DNA of 64,000 bases from Candidatus Eremiobacteria bacterium (GTDB lineage Bacteria > Vulcanimicrobiota > Vulcanimicrobiia > Vulcanimicrobiales > Vulcanimicrobiaceae). The notes below the pieces were generated by a model. It did not search any database. It was not told the origin of the DNA and worked only from the letters and a program-made list of their open reading frames with translations. The position numbers were made by a program, and so were the translations under genes. The stretch is from contig CAVTRC010000001.1 in NCBI GenBank assembly GCA_963737065.1, forward strand, positions 832,001 to 896,000. The letters are read 5' to 3'. Shown in pieces: positions 18,314 to 27,916 of the stretch. Position 1 is the first letter of the stretch. Every line of letters starts with the position of its first letter.

Positions 18314-19399
18314 CTATGCGGTCGCGGGTTCCATATCGCGCCGCACATTCCAATACGTGTCGCGAATAACCGGTTTGAAACCGGCCCCGATAATCGCGTT
18401 TTCGAGATCGCGACGCGTTGCGTCGTTGTTCGCACCGGCGTCGCGAACGACGCGATCTTCGATGATGACGCCGCCCATGTCATCGCACCCGTAAAAGAGC
18501 GCCAGTTGCCCCATCTTTAGTCCGGGCGTCAACCACGACGCCTGAAGGTGCGCAAAGTTATCGAGGTACAAGCGTGCGATGGCGAGCACCCGCAGATACT
18601 CGAGCGCGGTCGCCTCTTTTCCGCGAAGCGGCGTCTTGAACGGCACGTAGAACCAGGGGATGAACGCCGTGAATCCGCCGGTTTCATCTTGTAGTTCCCG
18701 CAACACGTCCATGTGCTCGATGCGTTCCGCGTCCGTTTCGATGGAGCCGTACATCATCGTCGCGGTGGTCGGCATGCCGAGGTGATGTGCCTGCCGCATC
18801 ACGTCGAGCCATTCGCGCGGCGTCACCTTGCGCGCGGAAATCCGTTTGCGTACCCGCTCGACGAGAATCTCGGCTCCTGCGCCCGGCAGTGACTTCAATC
18901 CGGCTGCCTTCAAACGAACGAGCACGTCGCGCGGTGTCGCGTTCTCGATCTTCGCGAGCCCCGTGACTTCCGATACGGAAAGCGAATGAATATCGACGTT
19001 CGGAAATTCGCGGCGAACGCGGTCGAACAGCTCTTCGAACCACTGCAAACGCAGTTCGGGATTGACACCGCCCTGAATCATGATCTGCGTCGCGCCGAGA
19101 TCGGCCGCTTTTTTGACCCGCGCGAGCACTTGATCGTGCGTGAGCGTACGCCCTTCTACGTGGTGTTCCGGCCGGAAGAACGCGCAGAACGAGCAGTGTA
19201 CGTTGCAAACGTTGGTATAATCGATCGTCGTATCGATAACGTACGAAACGGTATCGTGCGGATGCATGTCCATCCGGCGCGCGTGCGCCGCCATGCCGAG
19301 TTCGTGCAAGTCGGCGTCCCGATAGAGTTGCAGCCCTTCGTCAAACGAAAGGCGCCCGCCGTTTGCGGCGCGATCGAGCAACCTAGCGAGAGACGACAC
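18314..19399 (-). CDS. mqnC: cyclic dehypoxanthinyl futalosine synthase
   Basis: CNVHCSFC, PGAGAEIL, HLQASW; operon with mqnE and mqnA. Confidence 0.85.
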   Translation of the reverse strand: MSSLARLLDRAANGGRLSFDEGLQLYRDADLHELGMAAHARRMDMHPHDTVSYVIDTTIDYTNVCNVHCSFCAFFRPEHHVEGRTLTHDQVLARVKKAADLGATQIMIQGGVNPELRLQWFEELFDRVRREFPNVDIHSLSVSEVTGLAKIENATPRDVLVRLKAAGLKSLPGAGAEILVERVRKRISARKVTPREWLDVMRQAHHLGMPTTATMMYGSIETDAERIEHMDVLRELQDETGGFTAFIPWFYVPFKTPLRGKEATALEYLRVLAIARLYLDNFAHLQASWLTPGLKMGQLALFYGCDDMGGVIIEDRVVRDAGANNDATRRDLENAIIGAGFKPVIRDTYWNVRRDMEPATA

Positions 19400-20219
19400 C
19401 AATGACCTCCGGCAGCGATGACGGCACGCGTTCGATCGCGCCGATCGCATGTAGCTCACGGCAGTATGCGCGGAGACCGGCTTGCGCGGCGGAGTGAAAC
19501 GTAAAGTTCAATTTGCCGTAGTACCGCTCGTAAAATGCCTCGGAACGCGGACGCAGCCGCTGCGCTTCGGCAATCACCTCGTCCATGTGCGAGCGCGACC
19601 ACGTGTATGAATCGGTCAATGCGTGCATACACTCGCGAATCGCTTCCGCGTCACGCTCGTACGCATCGCGGCGCGCGGCCCATACCGCGAACACCGTTTG
19701 CGCGTGCGTCCATTCGTGCCAGAGCGTGCCGAGATCGTAAACGTGCTCGTGCGCAAAGCACTCGAGCGCATCGATGGCAGCATCACCGATCAAGAGCGCG
19801 GGCGCTCCGGCGGCGGCTTCCTCCAACGGATTCGCGGACTCGGCATAGTGCGGACGCACGCCATAACGGCGTTCCAACACGACGCGCAGCAAGTTGCGGC
19901 CGCTCGCCGATTCGGCGGTCAGCGCGATGCGCATGCCGTCAAGCAATGCGGGGGGCGTTTGCGAGACGAGCACGACGGACACGACTTCGTCGCGCGCGCC
20001 GATGCACAAGTCCGGCAGCAACACGAGTTGGTCGCAGTGCTTCGCCCACGCGAACGCACTGATCGGACTCAAGTCCAAGTCGCCTGCAAGCAGCATCGCG
20101 TTCAGGTTTGCCGGCACGTCGGCGTGAAGGCTTCCGGGATACTCGATGACGCCCGAATCGAACGCAGTATAGATCGGCAGATCGTTCGTGTAGATGATCC
20201 GTCCGCATCGGAGCGACAT
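19383..20219 (-). CDS. mqnA: chorismate dehydratase (futalosine pathway)
   Basis: YTNDLP, LIGDAA, DLGTLW, VFAVWA motifs. Confidence 0.88.
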   Translation of the reverse strand: MSLRCGRIIYTNDLPIYTAFDSGVIEYPGSLHADVPANLNAMLLAGDLDLSPISAFAWAKHCDQLVLLPDLCIGARDEVVSVVLVSQTPPALLDGMRIALTAESASGRNLLRVVLERRYGVRPHYAESANPLEEAAAGAPALLIGDAAIDALECFAHEHVYDLGTLWHEWTHAQTVFAVWAARRDAYERDAEAIRECMHALTDSYTWSRSHMDEVIAEAQRLRPRSEAFYERYYGKLNFTFHSAAQAGLRAYCRELHAIGAIERVPSSLPEVIGVVSR

Positions 20220-21436
20220 TAAGCGTCCCCGGCGGCTGCGCCGACCGCGGGCGCGCATGCTGAGCCGCGGAGTGCCGGTTCGACGAGCGGCGTCCCCGAT
20301 TGCGTCGAACACGCAGTTGCCGTTGGCGTCCAGTCATAGGGAAATTCGTCGTACGTCGAGTTGCGTCGTACGGGAACGTATCCGGCATCCTCGATCAACC
20401 GTCGGAATTCGCGATCGTCGACATATTGACCCGATTGCGTTCCCGACGAGTGATAAATCATCTCTTCGTCGGTCGAACCGTGCGTGCCGTCCATGTCGTC
20501 TGCGCCGAATTGGAGCGCGACCTGGCAAATCTTCAAACCCTGGATCATCCAGTACGCTTTGATGTGATCGAAGTTGTCGAGCATCAACCGCGCAACGGCG
20601 AAGGTTTTCAGATCGTCGAGTCCGCTCGTCCATCCGCAGTGTGAGAGCTCGTTGCCGTCGGGATGGAACGCTAGCGGGATGAACGCGTTGAATCCGGGCG
20701 AGCGCTCTTGCGACTGACGCAACTTGATGAGGTGATCGACGCGATCCTCGAGCGATTCGATGTGACCGTAGAGCATCGTTGCATTCGATGCGACGCCTTG
20801 GCGGTGAAGCTCTTCGTGAATGACGAGCCAGTTTTCGCCGGAGACCTTGTTCGCGCAGATCTTCGACCTCGTCGGTTCACCGAGGATCTCCGCAGCGCCG
20901 CCGTTGACGTTATCGAGGCCCGCGTCTTTGAGTGCCTTGATGATGTCGGAGAAGCTCATGCGATGCCGCTTCGCCATGTATTCGATCTCCGCCGCGGTAA
21001 AAAACGACAGCTGCACGTGCGGGAGCGCTTCTTTGAATCGCCGCATCAGCGGAAGCCAATAGTCCAGGGAAAGCTGGCGAGGATCGTGTCCGCCGACGAT
21101 GTGGATTTGATTGAAGTTCGAGCCGGTCTCCAGCGCCTTCGCGAAGACCTGATCGGCAGTCATTCGAAAGACGCGTTGCGGCTCTTTGAATTCATCGGCA
21201 GCAAACGAACAGAACTTGCAGTTGGCATAGCACACGTTCGTCGAATTGATGTAGCGATTCAGAACGTAGAAAACGTTCTTGCCGCTTTTGCGCTCCTTAC
21301 GCGCCCGCGCAAGGCGTCCGAGGTTATGCAAATCGTGGGTCCGGTAGAGCGCGAGGCCGTCGTCCATCGAAAGCGGAACGCCCGCATCGAGTTTGCGCTC
21401 GATCTCCACGAGCGCCGGATCCAGTGCGTATGCCAT
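20219..21436 (-). CDS. mqnE: aminofutalosine synthase
   Basis: CYANCKFC, NATMLYGHIE, NFDHIKAYW. Confidence 0.88.
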   Translation of the reverse strand: MAYALDPALVEIERKLDAGVPLSMDDGLALYRTHDLHNLGRLARARKERKSGKNVFYVLNRYINSTNVCYANCKFCSFAADEFKEPQRVFRMTADQVFAKALETGSNFNQIHIVGGHDPRQLSLDYWLPLMRRFKEALPHVQLSFFTAAEIEYMAKRHRMSFSDIIKALKDAGLDNVNGGAAEILGEPTRSKICANKVSGENWLVIHEELHRQGVASNATMLYGHIESLEDRVDHLIKLRQSQERSPGFNAFIPLAFHPDGNELSHCGWTSGLDDLKTFAVARLMLDNFDHIKAYWMIQGLKICQVALQFGADDMDGTHGSTDEEMIYHSSGTQSGQYVDDREFRRLIEDAGYVPVRRNSTYDEFPYDWTPTATACSTQSGTPLVEPALRGSACAPAVGAAAGDA

Positions 21437-21481
21437 TGCCGCTCTATTCTAAAGACGTGGCAGACAGCCCCTCGAAGACGT

Positions 21482-22102
21482 TTATCGCGTGCGCGGGTTA
21501 ACGGCGGCTAAGGCGGCTACCACGGTGACGCCCCACAGAAAGCCGCCAAGCAAGTCGGTGAGGTAGTGCGCACCGAGCGCGAGTCGCGACCAGATGATGG
21601 CGCCGCCTAAGCCGACAAGCACTGTCCCCACGACCCGGGTTCTTTGCCACGCAAAGACACCCAGCAACATGTAAAACCCGGTTGCGATTGCGGCGTGCGA
21701 ACTTGGATAGGAAAACGCCGTCTCATGCTTCACGACCCAATCCAGGCGGCGCGGGCGGGCGAACACGTGTTGAAAGAAATCCGCTCCCTGCCACGCGAGC
21801 AACAATGCAACGATGGCGTACGCCGCACGCCACCGCCAGCGCGGATACCGTATCGCAATCGCGATCAACGCAACGCAGCACGGTACGAGGACATAGGCAT
21901 ACCCGAGCCATGTAAACCACCACGCGACAAGACTCGAATGATTTACCCACGATGCTTCCAGCGTAAGAAGCCACGCCGGATCGGGCTGATGATCGACAGA
22001 AAAAGCGAGTGCCAAAAAGAGCGCAAATGCGACGGCCGCAACGCCTCCGGGAACGATTCTACCGCGCATTGGGAAGACGACGTGCACTCCTGGCGACTCC
22101 AA
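21482..22102 (-). CDS. PAP2 family membrane phosphatase
   Basis: RPR, SYPSSH and SRLALGAHYLTD motifs. Confidence 0.9.
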   Translation of the reverse strand: MESPGVHVVFPMRGRIVPGGVAAVAFALFLALAFSVDHQPDPAWLLTLEASWVNHSSLVAWWFTWLGYAYVLVPCCVALIAIAIRYPRWRWRAAYAIVALLLAWQGADFFQHVFARPRRLDWVVKHETAFSYPSSHAAIATGFYMLLGVFAWQRTRVVGTVLVGLGGAIIWSRLALGAHYLTDLLGGFLWGVTVVAALAAVNPRTR

Positions 22103-22105
22103 AGC

Positions 22106-22663
22106 TTAGACCTTGAGCGAGCCGCGAAAACCTCTAGCCGCGTAGTAAGATTCCGCACCGTTATGATAGATGAACACCGCGCCGTAGCGACGATCGCAAA
22201 AGAGCGCGCCTCCGGCTTTTCGGATATCAGACGGCGTTTGCACCCAGCTCGACGTTTTCATATCGAACTCTCCGAGGTTTTGCAATTCGCGATATTGTTG
22301 TTCCGTTAAAAGCTCAATGCCCATGGCAGCCGCCATCTGAACAGCGCTACCCTGGGGTTTATGTTCTTTCCTTGACTCCAGCGCTTCACGGTCGTAGCAA
22401 AGACTTCTGCGGCCTCTAGGACTGTCAACCGAACAATCATAAAACACGTATTCGCCCGTCTTCTTATCATGACCGACGACATCCGGTTCGCCACCGGTCC
22501 GTTCCATTTGGTGAAGCGACGATAGTTTCTCGATCTTGGGCTCAAGTTTCGCCTGTATTTTGATCCAATCGAGATGCCGGTGGCGGTTCATGTTTTCTTC
22601 AAAACGTACTTTCAACGTTTCTAGTAGATCTTCACGTTGTTTGGGCGTCAACTTTTTCAGCAC
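22106..22663 (-). CDS. DUF4256-like protein
   Basis: MERTGGEPDVV and YHNGAESYYAARGFRG; noticeably AT-richer than flanks. Confidence 0.85.
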   Translation of the reverse strand: MLKKLTPKQREDLLETLKVRFEENMNRHRHLDWIKIQAKLEPKIEKLSSLHQMERTGGEPDVVGHDKKTGEYVFYDCSVDSPRGRRSLCYDREALESRKEHKPQGSAVQMAAAMGIELLTEQQYRELQNLGEFDMKTSSWVQTPSDIRKAGGALFCDRRYGAVFIYHNGAESYYAARGFRGSLKV

Positions 22664-22666
22664 GCT

Positions 22667-24904
22667 TTAGAACAGTTCTTGCTGCGCTTCCTCGGACTTG
22701 CCCAGGCGTGGTGCAATCACTTCCAAGTCGGCTAGACCGATCAGAATTTTGCGCGGCTTCGTGCCTTCGTGCGGCCCGACGACTTTGTAGTCTTCGAGTT
22801 GCTTCATCAAACGAACCGCGCGCGGATGACCGATGGAAAATTGCGACTGCAGTTGCGCCGTCGAGGCGTAGTTGGTTTCGATGATAAACTTCGCCGCATC
22901 GTAGCAGAGGGGGTCGGCGTCCTTCTTGCCGTTCGCGTCGTCGTCGGAGACCGGCACGACGTCGACATCGAGCAAATTATCCGGACGCGCCTGCTCCGCC
23001 CAAAAATCGACGAGCCGATTGACCTCGTTGCCGGTAATCAACGCGCCTTGCGCGCGAACCGGCTTCGGCGCGTCGATCGGTAGATACAGCATGTCGCCGC
23101 GGCCCAGCAGCCGTTCGGCACCCGCCATGTCGAGAATCGTCCGTGAGTCGACTTGAGAACTGACGGCAAACGCAATGCGCGACGGAATGTTTGCTTTGAT
23201 CAAGCCGGTGATCACGTCGACCGATGGACGCTGGGTTGCAACGATCAGATGAATGCCGGTCGCGCGCGCCAGTTGAGCGAGGCGCATGATCGATGTTTCC
23301 ACTTTGGCCGGCGCAACGAGCATCAAGTCGGCAAGCTCGTCGATGACGATCACGACATACGGAAGTTTCTCGTCGGGAAACTTCGCGTTGTACTCTTCGA
23401 TCTTCCGCACGCCCGCCTTCGCGAACCGCTCGTAGCGCGTGTCCATCTCCTTCGTCATCTCGAAGAGCGCGCCCGCGGCAAGCCGCGCGTCCGTAATCAC
23501 GTCTTTGATGAGATGTGGAATGCCGTTGTAGACGGTTAACTCGACCCGCTTTGGATCGATCATGAGCATCTGCACTTGGTCCGGTGTCGCGGATACTAGC
23601 AGCGATGCGATGATCGTGTTCAAGCAAACCGATTTGCCGGAACCGGTCGCACCCGCGACAAGTAAATGCGGCATTTTGCCGAGGTCGCCGAACACCGGGC
23701 GCCCGGTGATGTCTTTCCCGAGCGCCATCCAAAGCGGCGGAACCGTGCCGCGATTCGGAAGCGCGTCGAGAATCTCGCGAATCGCGACGATCGATACGGT
23801 GGAATTCGGCACTTCGATGCCGACGGCCGATTTGCCGGGAATCGGCGCTTCGATACGCACGCTCGTTGCTGCGAGCGCAAGCGCAAGATCGTCCGCAAGC
23901 GACGCAATTTTTGAAATCTTCACGCCGCGCTCGGGCTTGAGTTCGTAGCGTGTAATCGAAGGCCCGCGCTCGATGTGTGTAACTTTTGCGCCGACGCCGA
24001 AGCTCGCAAGCGTGTCTTCCAGCACGTGCGCGCGATTGCTGTCGTCTGCTGCTTGCACTTGCGGAGGATCGAAAAGCGCGAGATCCGGCAGATAATAGGT
24101 GCGCGTCGCGGCAAGATCGGGCGCTTCGTAATCGCCGACGATCATATCGATCTCTTCTTCTAACCGCGCGGTCACCATCGCAGGCACGACCGGCGCGAAC
24201 ACCGCGGAAACCGGCGCTATCGACGTCGTTTCATCGACGTCCTCGTCGCCATCGCCGATCTGGTCGACGTCGTGCGGTTCTTCAAGATCGAAGACCGAAG
24301 CGCGGACTTTCGGCACCTTCGGTTCGCGCTGCGGCAGCTTCGGCAACGCGAACGCATCGCGCAACGAGGCGTGCCCTTCCGGCAGGGAAAGCTTCCATTT
24401 CGGCATTTCGGCCGGACGCAGCCGCGCAAGTCCGACGACGACGAGCCCGATGATCTTCTTCAAACTGACTTGTGTCAAATAGAGCGTCAACGACAACGCC
24501 GCGATCACGAGAATGACCCAGGCACCCGCGGTTCCGATAAGCGCCGCCAGCGCCCACCAGATGGTGCTGCCGACGCTCCCGCCGCGAACGACGCCGCGCG
24601 AACCGAATGCAGCGTCGATCATCAGAAAATAGGCCAGCGCGGCGCTGCCGAGGCTCGCAATCATGCGGGGAACGTTGATTTCGAGAAAGATGATAGCGCC
24701 GAAGAGTGCGACGAGCACCGGGAAAAGCGGTGCACCTCCTCCAAACAAGTCGCGCAACCCGCCGGCCGTGAAGCGGCCGATGTTGCCCGCGTGCTCAGGC
24801 AGTGCGAGAGCGATACCGAAAAGCAGCGCCACTCCGATGGCGCCGATCCCGACGATCTCGAGATTGAGTTTTCGTGCATTCGCCTTCCGGCGTACGCGTG
24901 CCAT
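22667..24904 (-). CDS. ftsK: DNA translocase FtsK/SpoIIIE
   Basis: N-terminal TMs; PHLLVAGATGSGKS, IDELADLM, ATQRPS; gamma domain. Confidence 0.96.
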   Translation of the reverse strand: MARVRRKANARKLNLEIVGIGAIGVALLFGIALALPEHAGNIGRFTAGGLRDLFGGGAPLFPVLVALFGAIIFLEINVPRMIASLGSAALAYFLMIDAAFGSRGVVRGGSVGSTIWWALAALIGTAGAWVILVIAALSLTLYLTQVSLKKIIGLVVVGLARLRPAEMPKWKLSLPEGHASLRDAFALPKLPQREPKVPKVRASVFDLEEPHDVDQIGDGDEDVDETTSIAPVSAVFAPVVPAMVTARLEEEIDMIVGDYEAPDLAATRTYYLPDLALFDPPQVQAADDSNRAHVLEDTLASFGVGAKVTHIERGPSITRYELKPERGVKISKIASLADDLALALAATSVRIEAPIPGKSAVGIEVPNSTVSIVAIREILDALPNRGTVPPLWMALGKDITGRPVFGDLGKMPHLLVAGATGSGKSVCLNTIIASLLVSATPDQVQMLMIDPKRVELTVYNGIPHLIKDVITDARLAAGALFEMTKEMDTRYERFAKAGVRKIEEYNAKFPDEKLPYVVIVIDELADLMLVAPAKVETSIMRLAQLARATGIHLIVATQRPSVDVITGLIKANIPSRIAFAVSSQVDSRTILDMAGAERLLGRGDMLYLPIDAPKPVRAQGALITGNEVNRLVDFWAEQARPDNLLDVDVVPVSDDDANGKKDADPLCYDAAKFIIETNYASTAQLQSQFSIGHPRAVRLMKQLEDYKVVGPHEGTKPRKILIGLADLEVIAPRLGKSEEAQQELF

Positions 24905-24940
24905 GGAATCTATCGTTTCGTCGTTATACTAGGAGTTCAT

Positions 24941-26035
24941 TTGCCTACGCCCACGATCGTCGTCCTCGATGGCGACCAGACCGGACAAGAGTTGCTCGCC
25001 GAATCGCTTCGCGTTCTCGATAAATCGGTGATCGACATCGAGCTCGCGTTCGAACACTTCGATCTTTCACTCGAGAACCGCCGCGCAACAAATAATCAAG
25101 TCGTGCGCGATTCCGCCGAAGCGATGAGGACGCATAAGTTCGGATTGAAAGCCGCGACCATAACGCCCGAGCAAAGGGACGATGTCGGATCGCCCAACGC
25201 CATCCTGCGCAAGGCAATCGGCGGCAAAGTGATCGTGCGCACCGGGCGGAAACTTCCTCGCGTTCGGCCTGTCGCTGGAATCCACGCACCGATTTCGGTC
25301 GTGCGTATGGCGGTCGGCGATGCGTACGGCGCAAAAGAGTGGCGCGAAGGCGAAGGTACGAGCGAAGTCGCGCATCGCACGGAAACGATCGACCGTAGCG
25401 TGTGCCGATACGTTTCGGAATACGCCTTCGTGCATGCTAAAAAAATGAACGCAAAAGTTTTTGGGGGTCCGAAGTACACCGTCAGCCCGGTGTACGAAGG
25501 AATGCTCAAAGAAGAGATGGATGCGGCGGCTGCGCGTCATCCGGAGGTCGCATACGAGCCGCAATTGATCGACGCGACGTACGCGCTGCTGCTTTCCAAT
25601 CCGGGCGACGTGCCGCTCGTTATTCCGACACTGAATCGCGACGGCGATTGTCTCTCTGATTTGGTCATGCAACTCTTCGGATCGATTGCGGGCGCGGAGT
25701 CCGTACTGCTCTCATTCGATCCTTCGACAAGCTCAGGACAAGTTCCAAAGGTAGACGTCGTGATGGCGGAAGCGCCGCACGGTACGGCGCCGCGGCTCTT
25801 CGGAAAGAACGTCGCAAACCCCCTTGCAATGATTCTCGCGGCCGGCGCGCTCCTTTCGTACATCGACGACAAGCACGCGTCGAATGCGTCTCGCGCCGTA
25901 TACGAATCGGCGCTCGAAGCGGTGCACGGCGGCATAGCGACCGCGGATCTGGGCGGAAGCGCGACGACAACGGAGTTCACCGACGCGGTGATCGAAGGCG
26001 TCCGGCGTAAGCTCGACGTGTGGTCGCTACTGTAA
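24941..26035 (+). CDS. isocitrate/isopropylmalate dehydrogenase family protein
   Basis: GDQTGQE, KAATITP, NRDGDCLSD, EAPHGTAP; AGGAG before TTG. Confidence 0.88.
   Translation: MPTPTIVVLDGDQTGQELLAESLRVLDKSVIDIELAFEHFDLSLENRRATNNQVVRDSAEAMRTHKFGLKAATITPEQRDDVGSPNAILRKAIGGKVIVRTGRKLPRVRPVAGIHAPISVVRMAVGDAYGAKEWREGEGTSEVAHRTETIDRSVCRYVSEYAFVHAKKMNAKVFGGPKYTVSPVYEGMLKEEMDAAAARHPEVAYEPQLIDATYALLLSNPGDVPLVIPTLNRDGDCLSDLVMQLFGSIAGAESVLLSFDPSTSSGQVPKVDVVMAEAPHGTAPRLFGKNVANPLAMILAAGALLSYIDDKHASNASRAVYESALEAVHGGIATADLGGSATTTEFTDAVIEGVRRKLDVWSLL
25720..25742 (+). repeat. REP-like unit TCCTTCGACAAGCTCAGG within CDS (encodes PSTSSG)
   Basis: 17/18 identical to an inverted copy at 50130-50147. Confidence 0.6.
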
Positions 26036-26084
26036 AGATTGACACAAGGCCGCCCGCTAAACTACTTCGCGGTCTGTCGCCCGT

Positions 26085-26112
26085 TAAGGAGGCAAGGGTG
26101 CCCTGCCGAACC
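26085..26112 (+). promoter_or_regulatory. possible sigma28 (FliA/SigD)-type promoter
   Basis: TAAG-N16-GCCGAACC upstream of the PilZ genes. Confidence 0.4.
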
Positions 26113-26123
26113 CCATTAGTGAG

Positions 26124-26993
26124 ATGTTATGGCTTGGCCGCCACCCAGCCGAGCGGCGTTATTCGGGCGAGAGCAATCGGCGGCGATTCTACCGGCAGTC
26201 CATCGAGCTACCGATCGCGATCGCTGTAGCCGGTTTGCCTGCGCCCGTGTACGGGACGCTCGTCGATATTTCGGAAACCGGCTGCCGTCTCCGGTCGCTC
26301 ATACTGATCGACCGCGACCGCGACGTCGAATTCGAACTCCAGCGGCCAAACCAGGCCGCGTTCCTTTTAATGGGCCGCATCGTCACCCGCGCGATTCCGC
26401 AAAAACGCGGCGGATACGAGTACGGCGTCAGCTTCGCTCGTATGGCGACGACCGAACGGGCGGCGCTGTCCCGAGAGATTCGCGAGATCGAGCGGCGGGA
26501 AGCGCGCTCTCGCGCCGACCGCCGCTCTCATATAACGCTGCGCGCCATTGCGAAAAGCGCGAGCCAGCGGCGTGGATCGGTGCGGACGATGGCGGCGTTT
26601 CCCGTCCGCTATCGCGCGGATACCAAGCCACCGGTGGCCGCTTTGGCAAACGATATATCGGCTGGCGGCTTGCGGCTGTTAACGCAAGAGTTGCTCGTCG
26701 TCGGCGCCGTCGTCCGGATGTGCTTCACGCTTCCAAATGATTTTCTCTTCGTCTATCCGCCCGCGGCTGAGCGCGTGGAGATGAGCCCGTTCGGACCGCG
26801 GCGGCTGCGGATTCCGGACAATCGACGTCCCTTCGAAGAAATGACGGTCCACGGACGGATCGTCTCGCGATTCCAGCCGCGCAACGGTCGTGAAGTCTTT
26901 GGTGTGGAGTTCACGGACGTCGACGGTTACCAGAGTGAGGAAATCGCTCGGTTCACACACGCAGTCCAATTAGCAAAACTCCGAACGGAATAG
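26124..26993 (+). CDS. tandem PilZ-domain protein
   Basis: RRFYR...DISETG and RGSVR...DISAGG motif pairs. Confidence 0.85.
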   Translation: MLWLGRHPAERRYSGESNRRRFYRQSIELPIAIAVAGLPAPVYGTLVDISETGCRLRSLILIDRDRDVEFELQRPNQAAFLLMGRIVTRAIPQKRGGYEYGVSFARMATTERAALSREIREIERREARSRADRRSHITLRAIAKSASQRRGSVRTMAAFPVRYRADTKPPVAALANDISAGGLRLLTQELLVVGAVVRMCFTLPNDFLFVYPPAAERVEMSPFGPRRLRIPDNRRPFEEMTVHGRIVSRFQPRNGREVFGVEFTDVDGYQSEEIARFTHAVQLAKLRTE

Positions 26994-27011
26994 AGTGCTG
27001 GGAGAAAGACC

Positions 27012-27896
27012 ATGAGTTGGATTCCGAAGAAAACCGCCACGGCAGGCAACACCGCAACCGTCAACGCACCGCAGGCTTCGGCCGCTCACCGGCCGTCGCA
27101 CGCGCATTCGCTCGAGATGCCCGTCGTCTTGAGCGTGCGCCGGCTGCCGGCGCCGGTGTACGGAACGCTTATGGAAATCACGGCGCATGGAGCCAAAATT
27201 CGTTCGCTCGTGCTGATGGAACGCGGCACCGAAGTCGAATTCGATCTCGGCATCAGCAGCGGCACACCGCTGACGATCCACGGACGCGTCGAAGCGCGAC
27301 GCAACGCTCCGTCGGGCGCACGCTTCGAATACCACCTTCTTTTCAGCAATATGCCGGACCCACAGATCGACGCGCTTGCGCGCCATGTGCGCGAACTGGA
27401 ACGACGCGCGGCTGCCGCGCGTTCGATTCAGAACGCGATCGACTCCATGCCGACGACCGATCGCGAACGACGCGGCAGCTATCGCGCGCTCACGGCATTT
27501 CCGGTGCTGTACCAGCGTGACGCTGACGGTTGGAATGAAGGACGTGTCGGCGACATCTCCTCGACCGGCATTCGGATGAACTGCGATGAGTCGATCGCCA
27601 TCGGAACGCTTTTCGATCTGAAGCTGACGCTGCCGTCGACCGTGCTCGACGTCTACCCCGAAGAAACGGCCGTCCTCGACATATCGAACGGGACACCGCG
27701 CCGCGTCGGAGGACGCCCGGACATGCGGCGGCCGTTCGAAGAGATGGCGATTCGCGGACGGGTCGTAACGCGATTCCAACCGGTCCGCGATCGCGAGGTC
27801 TACGGCGTCGCGTTTCTCGAGGTCGACGGCTATCAACGCGAAGAGATCGCCCGGTTCACGCACGCGGTGCAGCTCTCAAAGATTCGCAACAGCTAG
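27012..27896 (+). CDS. tandem PilZ-domain protein (paralog; first domain degenerate)
   Basis: RGSYR...DISSTG; shares LPAPVYGTL and RRPFEEM...EEIARFTHAVQL with the upstream gene. Confidence 0.85.
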   Translation: MSWIPKKTATAGNTATVNAPQASAAHRPSHAHSLEMPVVLSVRRLPAPVYGTLMEITAHGAKIRSLVLMERGTEVEFDLGISSGTPLTIHGRVEARRNAPSGARFEYHLLFSNMPDPQIDALARHVRELERRAAAARSIQNAIDSMPTTDRERRGSYRALTAFPVLYQRDADGWNEGRVGDISSTGIRMNCDESIAIGTLFDLKLTLPSTVLDVYPEETAVLDISNGTPRRVGGRPDMRRPFEEMAIRGRVVTRFQPVRDREVYGVAFLEVDGYQREEIARFTHAVQLSKIRNS

Positions 27897-27916
27897 AACC
27901 GAAACGTAGGGCCTCG

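Noticed and set aside
24272..24940. N-terminal extension of the dehydrogenase ORF (also acyl-CoA dehydrogenase 50679 and nth 54222)
   Set aside because: The extensions overlap divergent genes; family-like sequence begins at the downstream starts used above.
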